This document shows, in pieces, positions 12,985-25,941 of a stretch of DNA of 64,000 nt. Source of the stretch: Malacoraja senta (taxonomy: Eukaryota); contig CM075989.1 of assembly GCA_038087875.1 (NCBI GenBank), positions 5,766,001-5,830,000 on the forward strand, read 5' to 3'. Both the position numbers and the translations under genes were made by a program. Numbering within the stretch: the first letter of the stretch is position 1; each line of letters starts with the position of its first letter. The notes under the pieces are model-generated. The model ran no database searches. It was not told the DNA's origin and saw nothing but the letters and a program-made list of their open reading frames with translations.

Positions 12985-13290
12985 GTGAATCTGGAGAGTG
13001 CACTTTCAAACTTCTGTAACATCGACTGGACAGGAGCAGGGAGAAGAAAGAATGACCGGGGTGGGAAAACGCATTGATTATGTTGGCTGCTTTTCCAAGG
13101 CAAGATGGTGTAGATGGTGTCAATGGTGGGAATGGTGGTCAATGGTGGTAGATGGAGTCAATGGTGGTCTGTGTGATGGACTGGGCTATATCTACAACTC
13201 TCTTCAATTTCTTGCGATCTTGGGTAGAGCTGTTCCCAAACCATGCTGTGATGCAATCTGACAGTATGGTCTCTTTAGTGCATCTGTTCA
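12985..13290 (-). mobile_element. Rex1/Babar-like LINE RT C-terminal fragment
   Basis: Peptide TKETILSDCITAWFGNSSTQDRKKLKRVVDIAQSITQT. Confidence 0.7.
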
Positions 13291-14019
13291 GTTTGCATTC
13301 TATGGAGCATGTATAACAGTATGCTTTCCATGGTGCACCTGTAGTTAGTCCCATACGGTCTAACCGGTCTAGTCCAATTTGCCTCGTTTCCTTACTTCCA
13401 CCTGCGAATGGAGGACTGGAAAATAACAATGTGTGAATTATTTTCACATGATTTAGCCGCTACAAACCAGCTACCATGTGCCTTTAACAGCATGAGGTTT
13501 TGGCACAATGGTAACGAACTTCAAAATGATGGGAGATTGTGCTCTGCTGAACAAATATCACACATAATGCACAATCTTGCCCACGCCTACTTTCTCCTTC
13601 CCTCCTCACCTCATCTAGCCAGAGCACCTCCCAGATTTGTCCTCTCCAACACCATCATCAGTCGCCCTGATTCTGCCCTCCATTAGTCTCATCCCTCGCT
13701 TGGTCCTTGATGGAACTCCACAATGTTTCACCCACCCTACTACTCTCCTAGTCCCCTCCCTCATCCATTTCCTTACTCTCTCAACTCACATATCCCAGCC
13801 CCATTCACCCTGCCCTGGCCCCCAGAAACGTTCCCATTGCTGACCTCACACTCTCCGAGAGTGAGGTCTCACTGAGGTCCACAAATTGTCTCCTTGGAAA
13901 CTACTATCTGATTGAGGCAACCTTTCCTCCTGCAACCACCAACTCTTCCCCAGCCAAACTCCCGAACCTCTCCCAAAAACTTAGGATCTTCAGCAACTTG
14001 CCTCGTAATGGCAGATATG

Positions 14020-15095
14020 GCAACTGCATGGTACGCTGTTCTGGAAGGTTAGATGGCACGAGATGCAAGGAGAGCTAGCCGACTGGATAGAAAATTAGCT
14101 TCATAGAAGGTAACAGAGGGTGGTCGTGGAAGGTTGTATTTTGGCCTGGAGGACTGCAATTAGTGGGGTGCTTCAGGATTCAGTGCTGGGCCCATTGCTA
14201 TCTGTGGTTTATATCAATAATTTGGATGAGAAAGTATAAGGCACGATTAGGAACTTTGCAGATTAAATTAATGTGGGTGGTACAGTAGATAGCGAAGATG
14301 GTTATCAAGGGTTACAGCATAATTTTGATCAGTTGAGCAAGTGGGCAGATGAATGGATTAATGGAGTTTAATGCAGATAAATGTGAGGTGCTGCATTTTG
14401 GGAAGTCTTACCTTCACAGTAAATGGCAGGGCTCGGAGTGTTTGTAGAACAAGAGGGAACAAGAAGTGCAGGTACATAGTTCCTTGCAAGTGGTGTCAAG
14501 ATAGATACATTGCTCAAGAAGTATCTTAGCACTTTGGTTTTCATCAATTAGGGTTCTGAGTATAGACGTTGGGATGTTACATTCCAGATGAGGCCACAGT
14601 TGAAATATTGTGTTCAGTTTTGGTCAGCCTGTTATAGGAAAGATGGTATTAAGCTGACAGAGAAGATATGAGGATGTTGCCAACACGAGGGACTGAGCTA
14701 CAGGGAATGGTTGGGCAGGCTAGGGCTATTTCTTGGAGCGTAGGAGAATGAGAGGTGATCTTGTCATGGTGTATAGATCATGAGGGAAATAGACAGAGGG
14801 TAATCAAGAACCAGAGGACATTAGTTTAAGGTGAGAGAGGAAAGATTTAAAAGGAATCTGAGGGACAACTTTTACACACAAAGAGTGGTGGGTATATGGA
14901 ATAAGCTGCCGGAAAAGGTAGCTGAGGTAGAACGTATAACACTGTTTAAAAGGCATTTGGACAGGTAGATGAATAGGAAAGCATTAAGCGGTTTAATGGG
15001 CCAAACACAGGCAGGTGGGACTAGTATAGATGGGGCAGCATGGCCGGCATGGACAAACTGGGCTGAAGGGCCTGTTTCCATGCTGTGTGACTATA
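14020..15095 (+). mobile_element. Degenerate CR1 RT fragment
   Basis: CAGGATTCAGTGCTGGGCCC ([12 protein letters not shown]), TTTGCAGAT (FADD), CR1 3' UTR. Confidence 0.8.
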
Positions 15096-15939
15096 TCAGC
15101 AGATGAATTTTCCAATGCTCTGTGGATAGCCTGATGAGTTAGGGTATATGATTTTGTGACTGATGTAGGCAGATTTCTCCTGCAGAAATCAGAGCATCTC
15201 ACAACTACAATCATCACTTAGCATGTACAATAATCCTTTACTTCCCCAATCCCATAGTCAGTGTAGAGATTCAGCAATTCCCACTGCCATTTGAAATCTT
15301 TACCAACATATTTTTTGCAACATCTCCAAGACCTTGTCATCATTTTGTACCCAAAACCTGAAACAGCATTTCTGTTTGTGCTCAATAGAGTTTGAATACA
15401 TCAGCAGTGGCTCAGGAGAGGCCTTTGAGAACGAAGATTATGATACGCCCCATTATAGAGATTTCGGCTGACATCAGCACACACTGAGTATTACAGCAAC
15501 AGAATTTGCTTATTTTAGATATGGCATTAAACTGAAGCCTGTAGTGGACATAAGAGATACTATAACCCTATTATGAAGAATCACAACTGTTTCTCTGTTT
15601 TACCCACTGAGTATTTTTCCCTAAGCTGATATCGCTAAAAAAATATCTGCTAATTAATCAACAGCTATGCATGAGACCTAGCTGAATACACATTGGTTGT
15701 ATTGTTTGCAACATTACAAGTCACTCAATTTATAAAGAACTTAATTAGCTATAAAGTATTTGGGGAAGTCTCAAACTATTAAATCCTGCAATAAATGCAA
15801 ACGATTTATTTCTGAATATTTTAAAGCTACCATTAAGACTTGGAAAGCTATTACATTAACTCGCATCGGCTAAAAGTTTTCACCCCTGAAATCTTTTGGC
15901 TAAGTTAAATTAGCAACAATCGTGATAATGAAGCATTTA

Positions 15940-16420
15940 TCGAGTCATAGAGTCATTAAGCCTAGAAACAGGCCCATCGGGCCAACTTGCCCACACTGAC
16001 CACATGCCCCATCTACACTAGTCCCACCTGCCTGTATTTGGCCCATATCCCTCTAAACCTATCCTAGCCATGTACCTGTATAAATGTTTCTTAAACGTTT
16101 CGATAGTACCTGCCTCAACTACCTCCTCCGGCAGCTCGTTCCATATACCCACCACCCTTTTTGTAAAAAGGTTACCCCTCAGGTTCCTATTAAATCTTTC
16201 CCCCCTTCACCTTAAACCAATGTCCTCTGGTTCTCGATTGCCCTTCTCTGGGCAAGAGACTCTGAGACTTTACCCAATCTATTCCTCTCATGATTTTGTA
16301 CACTTCTATAAGATCATCCCTCATCCTCCTGCGCTCCAAGGAATAGAGTCTACGCCTGTTCAAATGCCCTTGAGTCCTGGCAATATCCTCGTAAATCTTC
16401 CCTGCACCCTTCCAGCTTGT
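15940..16420 (-). mobile_element. CR1 3' fragment
   Basis: Reverse complement of CR1 RT C-terminus and 3' UTR. Confidence 0.75.
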
Positions 16421-16738
16421 ACATTATTTTTAAACAATGTCCAAAACCTAAGAGAGTGAGGTAACTACTTCTTTAATGTTGGATGTGGAGACAGAAAGGG
16501 AAATGTAATATTGGAGTTTACACTGAACTGGAACTCATGAAGAATTACTGCTTCAGCGGTTTAGTGGAGGTTTATCAGTTTTCATAGGGTAAATACGTAA
16601 GACAATATCTTCAGGAGAGGAGGTGAAAAGTACACAAGATCATGAGATGGCAAAGAAAATTGTACATAAAAGGTACTTCATGCATTTAGTTCACATGAGA
16701 GATTATTTCCAGGTCAATTATCAAGCATCAGTAAATTG

Positions 16739-16951
16739 AAGAAACAAGGAACTGCAGATGCTGGTTTACAAAAAAGGACATAATGTGCTGGAGTAACTCA
16801 GCGGGTCAGGCAGCATCTGTGGAGTACAGGGATGGGTGATATTTCGGGATGGGACCCTTCTTCAGACTAAGAGACCCGAAGCATCACCTATCCATGTTGT
16901 CCAGAAATACTGCCTGACCTGCTGAGTTACTCCAGCAATTTACGTCCTTCT
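16739..16951. mobile_element. Penelope-derived inverted (foldback) insertion
   Basis: TGCTGGAGTAACTCAGCGGGTCAGGCAGCATC and its inverse; flanked by CATCAGTA(A/C)ATTG direct repeats. Confidence 0.7.
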
Positions 16952-17008
16952 CATCAGTACATTGGCCCAGCCATTTCTGGGTACAAAACAAGGTAGAATA
17001 GCTGATAG

Positions 17009-17144
17009 AATAGTCTGACGAAGGGTCTCGCCCGAAATGTCACCCATTCCTTCTCTCCAGAGATGCTGCCTGTCCCGCTGAGTTACTCCAGCATTTTGTG
17101 TCTATCTTCAGTTTAAACCAGCATCTGCTGTTTTTTCCCCACAC
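17009..17144 (+). mobile_element. Penelope-derived short repeat with hammerhead-like motif
   Basis: CTGACGAAGGGTCTCGCCCGAAATGTC; 11-bp TSD ATAGCTGATAG (16998-17008 / 17145-17155). Confidence 0.75.
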
Positions 17145-18149
17145 ATAGCTGATAGTCTCCCAGTATCATAAGTACAGCTAAAGATCTCATCTCAATTCAC
17201 AGGGTACATTTCTCTAGTTATCAAGAGAAAATGGATATTAACATTGTGACCTGTGATTTGTATTTATAACACAGGAAAAGGAGTAAATTATGCAATAGAT
17301 CAACACTTGTGTACTGCCTAGGTGAGGTCTGCTCTATGATTTTACCAGGTTGTATGCAAAACAAAGCATTTCACTGTACCTAGATACATGCAAAAAAAAA
17401 GTATCATCGAATCGATATTGCTCCATTAATTCATTGCATTCTGCTTTCGTCCCCCTCTAGTTTTCTCCACTAACATATTTCGAACAGATGTCACTTGTGT
17501 TACACCAGCCCTCTACATAATTCATATATGCCTGTTGCGATTTCCACCTGTATGGCATAGGGGAAGGGGATCACAGGAGTACTGGGCGAAGGGTACATTC
17601 AGGCATACCAAAGGCATATATTCTCATGACCTGTCTGCAGTTGCTCCATTGGGAAAAGTTTGTTCAGCGTCCAGCACCCTCCTTTGGCTTCAAAGAAGGA
17701 TTGTTTCAACAATTGTAATCTCTGAAGGCATCTGCCTCCAGGAATCATGCAGGTTAAATTTTCACACAGGAATCAGAAAGGAAGGTCAACGCAAAAAGCT
17801 GGAGTAACTCAGCAGGACAGGCAGCACCTCTGGAGAGAAGGAATGGGTGACATTTTGGGTCGAGACCCTTCTTCAGAAAGGAAGTGTCCTTTTTTTTAAA
17901 ATAAGAGATTTTGCCAATTTCCTACACTTCTTTTACAGGTCATCTAATTGGTGACTAGGGTTACACACAGCACCTGTTTAACTCACGAAAAAATATAAAC
18001 TCCAGTTTGAATTCTAAATGCTTTCATGTATTTTTCTATCAAATATTAATTAGTATGCCACACAATTTTAGCATTCAAATGATGTTGGGTTTAGGCTTCC
18101 ATTGATGAGCAAATAAGCTGCAGTATGTTTTAGTCACCTTGTTACTTAC

Positions 18150-18253
18150 CTCAGATGATTCAATAAGTTCCAGTAGCTTTGTAAACTGGTCCAACTCTTG
18201 AACCCAATTATCTTTCATCAGTCGATACACCTCAAGCCAAGTCTCACCTTTAG
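18150..18253 (-). CDS. WDR93: WDR93 coding exon (A-KGETWLEVYRLMKDNWVQELDQFTKLLELIESSE)
   Basis: catttag acceptor, gtaagt donor, 104 nt, phase 1 to 0; matches recalled human [20 protein letters not shown]. Confidence 0.88.
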
Positions 18254-18837
18254 CTAAATGAGGAAAAACAAATTATAAGGAGGATGTCGAAATCCAATAA
18301 ACCAAAACCATACGCGACAGTGCAAACCAAACAATACATTGTTAGAGGTGCTGTTCACCTGATGATATGTTAAACCCAGCTCCTGACATTTTCCAATCTC
18401 ACATGAGTTAGGTCTAGCTCTTAGGGCTAACGGAATCAAGGGATATGGGAAGAAAGCAGGAACGGGGTACTGATTTTGGATGATCAGCCATGACCATAGA
18501 GCTGGCTCGAAGGGCCGAATGGCCTACTGCATCTATTTCCCATGTTTCTAGTCATATTCAGTGGGACTTTTCCTGGTTTAAGAAAATAAATATGCTATCT
18601 CAGGAAATCTTAAAATAAATTGCTTCATTTAATAGTTGCTTCACGCTATCCAGTGCAATAATGCACGCTCTTCATTGCCCCTGCTGTACTTTTGTTTTGT
18701 CTTTAAAGACAGTTATAACTGAACTGTACACGACAAAAAGATCCGGGTTAAATTCCAATTCAGTCTTCAGATATTGTGGATGTTACATTGGCCTCAGTTA
18801 TGAGAAAAAGTAGTGAGTATACATGCAGGTCCCATAG

Positions 18838-19330
18838 GGGCGACACAGTGGCACAGCAGTAGAGTTGTTGCCTTACAGTGCCATAGACTCAGGTTTGATC
18901 CTAACTGTTGTGGTGTGGCTGTCCAAATACCTTAAGCTTCACACCGTAATAAAGGTCCAAAGACTTTATTAACAACATAGCACAGGTGACTTCACGTTTT
19001 TCTAATAATGCGGGAACAAGACAGGGAGGGTTACTGTAAAGCTAATGGGCGTAACTACAAAAGCATGACTCATAACATGAGTGACACTGATCTACACTGA
19101 CTACTGGCGCTGTCTGTACGGAGTTTGTACGTTCTCCCCGTGACCGTGTGGGTTTTCCCCGGGTGCTCCGGTTTCCTCCCACACTCCAAAGACGTGCAGG
19201 TTTGTAGGTTAATTAGCTTCAGTAAAAAATTGTAAATTGTCCCTCGTGTGCAGGATAGTGCTGGTGTATGGAGGTAGGCACGGACTCGGTGGGCCAAAGG
19301 GAATTTACCTGTGCTGCATCTCTAAACTAA
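18838..19330 (+). mobile_element. tRNA-derived V-SINE (HE1-like) interrupted by a solo LTR
   Basis: A-box GTGGCACAGCAGTAGAG; V core GGAGTTTGTACGTTCTCCCCGTGACC; (CTAAA) tail. Confidence 0.8.
18906..19096. mobile_element. Probable solo LTR
   Basis: TG...CA termini; 5-bp TSD CTAAC/CTGAC; AATAAA on both strands; interrupts a SINE cleanly. Confidence 0.6.
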
Positions 19331-20299
19331 ACCATGTTAAAAAAAAAAATCAGGTTAAGGCTTCAATCGGAGACATTTTGATTCGTACGAATCGATTCTA
19401 CGTAGGTAGACAAAAAAGCTGGAGAAACTCAGCGGGTGAGGCAGCATCTATGGAGCAAAGGATGTTCATGTTGGGGGATGTTCATGTTGAATCTCTAAAT
19501 AGTGTGTCGTGTCTTTTTTATTCTACCTTTTTATTTTTTATTTATATGGTTAATTGTCTGTAAAGCGCTTTGGTTTCAGTAATCTGATTGAAAGGCGCTA
19601 TATAAATAAACTTACTTTACTTTACTATTCAGACGTAATCTACATAGATCTACGTAGATCTTGTTAAATCAAATTAATTATTAAGCATGAAGAAATAGAA
19701 ACAATGCAATAATATAGCATCCTATCATAGGCACATTTCAACTTTGGGCAAGCAGCTTCCTACAATGCTGCATGATTTTGTCATTTTAGACTCGCAAATG
19801 AAACAGCAACTATTGAACGAGAAATTACTCCCAATGGCAGGTTTTGTGGAAATAGGTTAATTGGAATTTTCTGCTCATTGTTGACATCATACAATCTTTG
19901 TACTTCAAATTGTATTGAAATCATATTATAACAGAGCTGTAATGTGAATATGTTATCTGGGACCTTATGAAAATTCTCCTACATGAATATCTCCCTCCAA
20001 CTTCAGTGCTGGTGGTTTTAGTTGAGAAAGAAATATTGACCAAAGGAGTTGAGTATTTCCTGGAAAGAGCTGACACTCATTTAAATTGGCAGATACAATC
20101 AGAGTACAACATCCCATTTCAAAATGTGTGATCATTTAGCATTCAGCACTGCATAGCATTGTCATCATAGATTATATGTTCAAATATTGGAGTAGCAATT
20201 GAATTCTCAATTTTTCCAATTGAGCTCAGCCAACATAAGACTTATTCGCTTGGTGCTTGGTTTATATTCTGGCATTTTGTACCAATAATTAACATTGCT

Positions 20300-20587
20300 A
20301 GCGTGGAAACAGACCCTTCAGCCCACCAAGTCTGCGCTGGCCAGTGATCACCCCATACACTCGCACTACCCTACACATTAGGGACAATTTACAATTTTTA
20401 CCAAAGCCAATTAACCTATAAACCTGCACACCTTTGAAGTGTGGGAGGAAACCGGGAGCACCAGGAGAAAACCCACGCGGTCACAGGGAGAACGTACAAA
20501 CTCCGTACAGACAGCGCCTGTAGTCAGGCTCAAACCCGGGTCCCTGGCGCTGTAAGGCAGCAACTCTACCATTGTGCCACTGTGCCA
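20300..20587 (-). mobile_element. V-SINE (HE1-like)
   Basis: Reverse complement of V core (GGGAGAACGTACAAACTCC) and tRNA-like head. Confidence 0.8.
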
Positions 20588-21341
20588 TCTTGTTATATTG
20601 GACCTAGGAGAGGAAAATGTGGATCATGGGTGGTAAAATATTTCCTCATTCAGTATGTGCCACTGAAGGAAATTGGTCAGTAAATCTGTCAGTGCTGTTT
20701 CTGCTGACTTCTAAACAGAGATTGAAAAGCGAGTATAATGAAGTATTGAAACGTGAAAATAATGAAGGATTGATAATGACCCACATATGTACCCTGCAAC
20801 ATGCGTGTATACAGGAAAAACAGATCATCAGGGAACATCATCACGCTTGCATTACTTTCACCTCGATCACCTTGACAATAAGAATACCTACCTATTCATT
20901 GTCCACAATATCATAATGCCATTCTGCCCGCTGAATTACTCCAGCACTTTGTGTTCTTTTCTGTAATGACCCACTGAGATACTCCAGCACTTTGTGTCTT
21001 TTGTGTAAATCAGCATCTGTAATTCATTGTTTCTACATAATACCAAAATACCTCATTCCCAAACTCCTCAGCCTTAGCCTTGGGGCCTCCATCTATAATT
21101 AACTTCTGAACTACTTGACTCAGTTGGTTGAAATTAGCCATAACATTTCCTCCATCCACCTTCAACACTAGTACCCCTCAGAGTAGTTTGTTTAACCCCT
21201 TGCTATATTCCCTGTACATCCATGACTGTGCGGTTAAGTAGAATATCAACCCAAGCTTTATGTTCACTGAAGATATCACTTTTGTTGGCCTTGATCTCCG
21301 ACGTCGATGGGACTTGAAGGTTGTCACCAAAGTAGAAGGAA

Positions 21342-21615
21342 CAGTGCACAGTGGCGCAGCAGGTAGAGCTGCTGCCTCACATAGCCAGAGATCTGGATTC
21401 CATCCTGACGTCAGCTGCTGCCTGTGTGGAGTTTGCACGATCTCTCTGTGACTGCCAGGGGTTTCTTCCGGGTGCTCCGGTTTCCTCCCACATCCCAAAG
21501 ATGTGCAAGTTTGTAGGTTAACTGGCATCTGTAAGTCTTTAGTGTGCAGGGTGTGGATGCGAAAGTGGGATACCAGAGAATAATAGATTCAAGATGGAGG
21601 CGATGATGGATGCAG
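21342..21615 (+). mobile_element. V-SINE (HE1-like); an inverted older copy lies at ~21725-21870
   Basis: GTGGCGCAGCAGGTAGAG head, GGAGTTTGCACG..CCGGGTGCTCCGGTTTCCTCCC core. Confidence 0.75.
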
Positions 21616-22006
21616 AGAAAGAATGGTGCCAGTGAGCGGGTTGGGCCCTGCCTCACCTGGCCTCGGTGGTGTTCTGGGTGTTCCATGGTTGGCTGTGGGA
21701 GGTGCCCCGAGGCACGGGGACTGAGTGGTAGCCATATTTTGGGGATGTGAGAGGAAACCCATTCGGACGTGAGGAGAATGTGCAAATATCATGCACACAG
21801 CCTCCAAGGTCAGGATCAAACCCAGATCCCTGGAACAGTAAGGCAGTAATACTAATCGATGCACCACCATGTCAACTGCTTTTGATGAAATACGTTTTCA
21901 CGAGCAGTAATTGAACCATTAATGCAGATTTTACACGAAAAGACTCCAATAACTGCTACATAACAGCAACTTGATTAAACCTTAGAAATAAACTTTTATA
22001 TTTTCA

Positions 22007-22467
22007 CTAGACCGAGTGGGACCCGTTGGGTCCCGTCCCCTCAACGCGGGGGGAGTGCCCTTCGGCATCACACACACTAACCACCCCCCACACACACACT
22101 CTGACCCCCCCCCCCCTTGATATTATATTAATATTATTCATGTCCTATCCACATACGCATAACCCCCAACTGCTCAGTCGCAGCTAGAGGGGGGGGGGAT
22201 GGAGAGAGAGGGGGGAGGGTGGAGAGGGAGGGGGAGGGGGTAGAGATGGAGATTGAGGGGTGGGAGGAGCGTGCGGCGTCACGGGGAGGGCTGGTTCCCG
22301 AACGCAATACTCCACCACTCACCCATAGGTCCCAATATTCACCACTCCCTAGAGAGGGAGAGGGGGCACAGAGGGGGGGTGGGGGGGGGGGGGTAGAGAG
22401 GGAGGGAGGGGCAGAGAGGGAGGGAGGGGCAGAGAGGGGGGGGGGCAGAATGGGAGGGGACAGAGGT
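22007..22467 (-). mobile_element. Non-autonomous Helitron-like element with G-rich low-complexity body
   Basis: Minus-strand hairpin GGGACCC-AAC-GGGTCCC just upstream of terminal CTAG followed by T; 5' end unclear. Confidence 0.55.
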
Positions 22468-22564
22468 AATTAGCAGCCAGTTTATTACATCCATCAGATG
22501 TTGACAATTAATACATCAAAGATTTTGCTATGAAAGTACAACAAAGAGCTAACACTGAACTTGG

Positions 22565-22880
22565 GCACAAAATGCTGGAGTAACTCAGCGAGTCAGGCAG
22601 CATCTCTGGAGAAAAGGTATATGTGACATTTCGGGTGGAGACCCTTCTTCAGACTGAGAGTCGGGGAAAGGGAAACTCGAGGCATGAAAAGGTGCAGAAC
22701 AAAGCAGAGATTGCTCTGATAGCCAAAGAGCCCACAATGGTCCATGTTGGCTGTGGAGTAGGTGAAAACGAAGGGATAAGAACAGTGCAACTAGCAAGAC
22801 TACTAGGGCGGGGGAGGGATGGAGAGAGTGGGAATGCAAGGGTTATATGAAATAAGAGAAATCAATATTCATACCGGTGA
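22565..22880 (-). mobile_element. Penelope 3' region with hammerhead-like motif
   Basis: ACATTTCGGGTGGAGACCCTTCTTCAG plus remnant of the GIY-YIG C-terminal codons. Confidence 0.65.
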
Positions 22881-23139
22881 GTATACAGGGTTAACACTGT
22901 CCACTCAATCTTAGAGATGATTCACTGCAGATCATCATGTGAATGTGGTCTATCTTGGTGCGATTATTGTTTTTATAGCTTGTTGTTGCTGGTGAGTAAT
23001 ATATTACATGTGTCAGCACGGTGTGGTATTCATGGTATAATCACAAAAATTTGCAAAATATATATATATTGTTTAAAGCAATACTGAGAAATGTCAATGT
23101 CCTACAAGAGCATTGGTAAAAAATTAAAAAAGGAAATGG

Positions 23140-24070
23140 AAAAGACCCATTGTTTTCTGCCTGCTCCTGCCCCACAGAACTCATCTCCAAATACCTTGAT
23201 TCTACCGTCCCTTCGTCCAGTCCCTTCCAAACCTTCCATTCTATAATGACTTTTAGTTTCCAGGCCTCCATTGCCTTATCTTTGCCATGGATGTCCAGTC
23301 CCTTTATGCCTCCATCCACCATCAGGAAGGCCTCAAGACCCTCCGTGTCAGTTTAGTTTATTGTAACGTCTACCGTGGTACAGTGAAACACTTTTGTTGC
23401 GTGCTAAAGTCCCTGTCCCATTTTCCCGAGTTACTCACGAACTCTCCCGAGCTTTCCCCTTGATTCAAACTCGGGGAATGTCGATAGTGAGCTCGTAGGA
23501 GGCCGTAGGAGTCCGTAGATGTTTCGTAGCGGCTCGTAATGCCAGCCGTAGGAACTCGGGGCATCAGGTAAGTTGGGACGTTTTTTCAACATGTTGAAAA
23601 ATGTCCACGAGTAAAAAAAATAGCCCCGAGTACCTACGAATGGCTATTACCGTAATTCTCCGAGTTCGAATCAAGGGGAAAACTCGGGAGAGTTCGTGAG
23701 TAACTCGGGAAAGTGGGACAGGGGCTTAACCAGTCAGCAGAAAGGCAATACATGATTACAATCGATCCATTTACATTGTATAGATACATGGCGGTTCTTC
23801 CATAAACAGAGACCCAATCAATTTCACACTCCTCCACGTGGTGGATCATCCTTCTCCTTTGACTCCTCTCAATTTCTCCAAGTTAAAGGAGTAGCCATGG
23901 GCACTAGAACATGTCCCAGTTATGCCTGCCTTTTTGTCAGTTACCTCGAATAATCCTTGTTCCAAACATATTCTGGCACCATCCTTCAACTCTTTCTCCA
24001 CCACATCGATGACTGCATCACTGCTGCCTCCTGCACACGTGCAGAACCCATTGATTTCATTAACTTTAAC
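23140..24070 (+). mobile_element. Penelope-like RT remnant interrupted by a MITE and a Rex-type tail
   Basis: PIVSACSCPTELISKYLD, MDVQSL and GVAMGTRTCPSYACLF..IDD motifs across frames. Confidence 0.7.
23408..23726. mobile_element. PIF/Harbinger-type MITE with ~70-bp TIRs
   Basis: AGTCCCTGTCCCA.. / ..GTGGGACAGGGGCT; TAA TSD on both sides. Confidence 0.85.
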
Positions 24071-24922
24071 ACTAACTGACCCTGTCACCCATATTTGTCT
24101 AGTTTCCAGTTTAAGTATCGTCTTCATGTCTCTTATATTATGATCTTTTATTATATCTCGTTTTCAAAGAAAGCAAGGCTATTTTCCTTATGCTCTTCTC
24201 AGATATAATGCTCTCCTCAGTAACATCTTCAAGAACATAAAGACAATTCTCCAACTGGAAACTGAACAAATATTGATGACAGGGTTGAAGGACTTGGGTT
24301 CAGAGACAAGAATTGTTAATTTATCCAAGAGGAGTAGGAAGAAGAATAATTTATTTGTGAACACGAGTGAAGTGGGAGAAAGCTCCTTGAAGCATGCAAA
24401 CTGTAATAGGTCAAGTATAGTAAATCCTAAATACATGTTTCTTTGAAGTAAATCAGGATAATAGCAGAAAATATCATATATACAAATAAGGGAACAATAA
24501 ATTTAGGTTGACATCAGAAGGAATTTTAAAAAACTATTTTGCCTTATTTCTTCACAAAACTCTCAATTACCTCTTTGAGTTCTCTGATTCTCCCTCACAT
24601 TAAAAAAAAAAGCTGAAGAGTGGAGCTCCAATATGGGTTGAGATCACAACACAATAAATAACTGCTTGGGAAGATGAATGAAGGGCACTGTGAATTTGTT
24701 ATTTCCAAACTTTTTATGTTTTTCAATCATATTCAACCAGTTTGTAAGAAAATAAATTGCTCCCTCTTTGCTCTTTAAGTAGAATTTTGCAACATATGTT
24801 ACTAGGGAGTGGAAGTAGGCTACTCAATCTCTTCAGACTCTTCTGATATAAATTCATAGTTGTCCGAGCTGGACATCAATTATATGTATTTACTTGTCAT
24901 CCTCATCTTTCAATATCTTTAA

Positions 24923-25523
24923 AGGGCCTGTCCCACTTAGGCAATTTTTTAGGCGATTGCTGGTGACTGTCACAGTCGTAACAGGTTGCCGAAAAAACGG
25001 CAACTGGACCCCCCCTACGACAATGTCTACGACAAGCTACAACAACCTACCACCTAGTCGACGTCAAGCTACGGCAAGCTACCGACAACCGGTGACCCAT
25101 TAGGACGTCCACCTATGACCACACCTACGACCACACAGGCGACAACCTACAACAACCGAAGTCAACCTACGTCTACCCACGACAAGCTACAACAAGCTAC
25201 GACCCGGTCAGCGACAACTGAAGACAATTCAGTCGCCGGTACCTGTCGCTGGTTGACGTAGTCACCAATGGAATTCACCGAAGTCAGCACCGTCGATAAC
25301 CATCGGCACCTGGCGACAACCTATGATAGCACCTACGTCAGGATAAATCAACCTACGCTCATTGGCGTCAACCTATTGTCGGCAAAATTTTTTGAACATG
25401 TTGAAAATCCAGCGGCGGCCAGAAAGACACTACGACTCTTTGGGCGACTGAGGAGACTACTCACAACCATACAGGTGACAACCATGTAGTTGCCTAAAAA
25501 ATAGCCTAAGTGGGACAGGCCCT
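24923..25523. mobile_element. PIF/Harbinger-type MITE, 601 bp
   Basis: TIR AGGGCCTGTCCCACTTAGGC / GCCTAAGTGGGACAGGCCCT; TAA TSD; internal CTACGAC-like subrepeats. Confidence 0.88.
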
Positions 25524-25862
25524 TAACTCACAAAAGTATATCAATTTTGGCCAAATATTTCAGCTGATGTGGCAGATTGAGTCAGTTGGTAAAGATTTCT
25601 ATCACCCTTGGTACAATTATGTTTCTAAATGTTTCAGAATTGCTCTAATTTGAAGATTGCGACCATACTGCCTCAACGTACAAATTAGGAAAGAAAAACA
25701 TGTTTTATAGCTGAAAATTATGCTTTTTCAGCACATCTAAACCACTTCAAATAGTGGTAGCATTGAAGGCTGCCAATAATTTTAGGTTTCCAGCCAAATG
25801 GGAAAAAAACAAGGTAGATTAGTAGCATCAAGGAACATACAGGAATTTATAGAATTCTTTAC

Positions 25863-25941
25863 CTTCAAGAGTTACACCAGCATAGTCCCCACCATCTGAT
25901 AACTCAAATTTGCTGCATGTGTTTCTTTCACTTATATTTTC
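25863..25941 (-). CDS. WDR93: WDR93 coding exon (ENISERNTCSKFELSDGGDYAGVTLE)
   Basis: 79 nt, ttttaag / gtaaag, phase 0 to 1; matches recalled human [26 protein letters not shown]. Confidence 0.9.

Noticed and set aside
13103..13168. (GATGGT/CAATGGTG) repeat as telomere-like or coding repeat
   Set aside because: Simple slippage expansion inside a Rex1-like fragment
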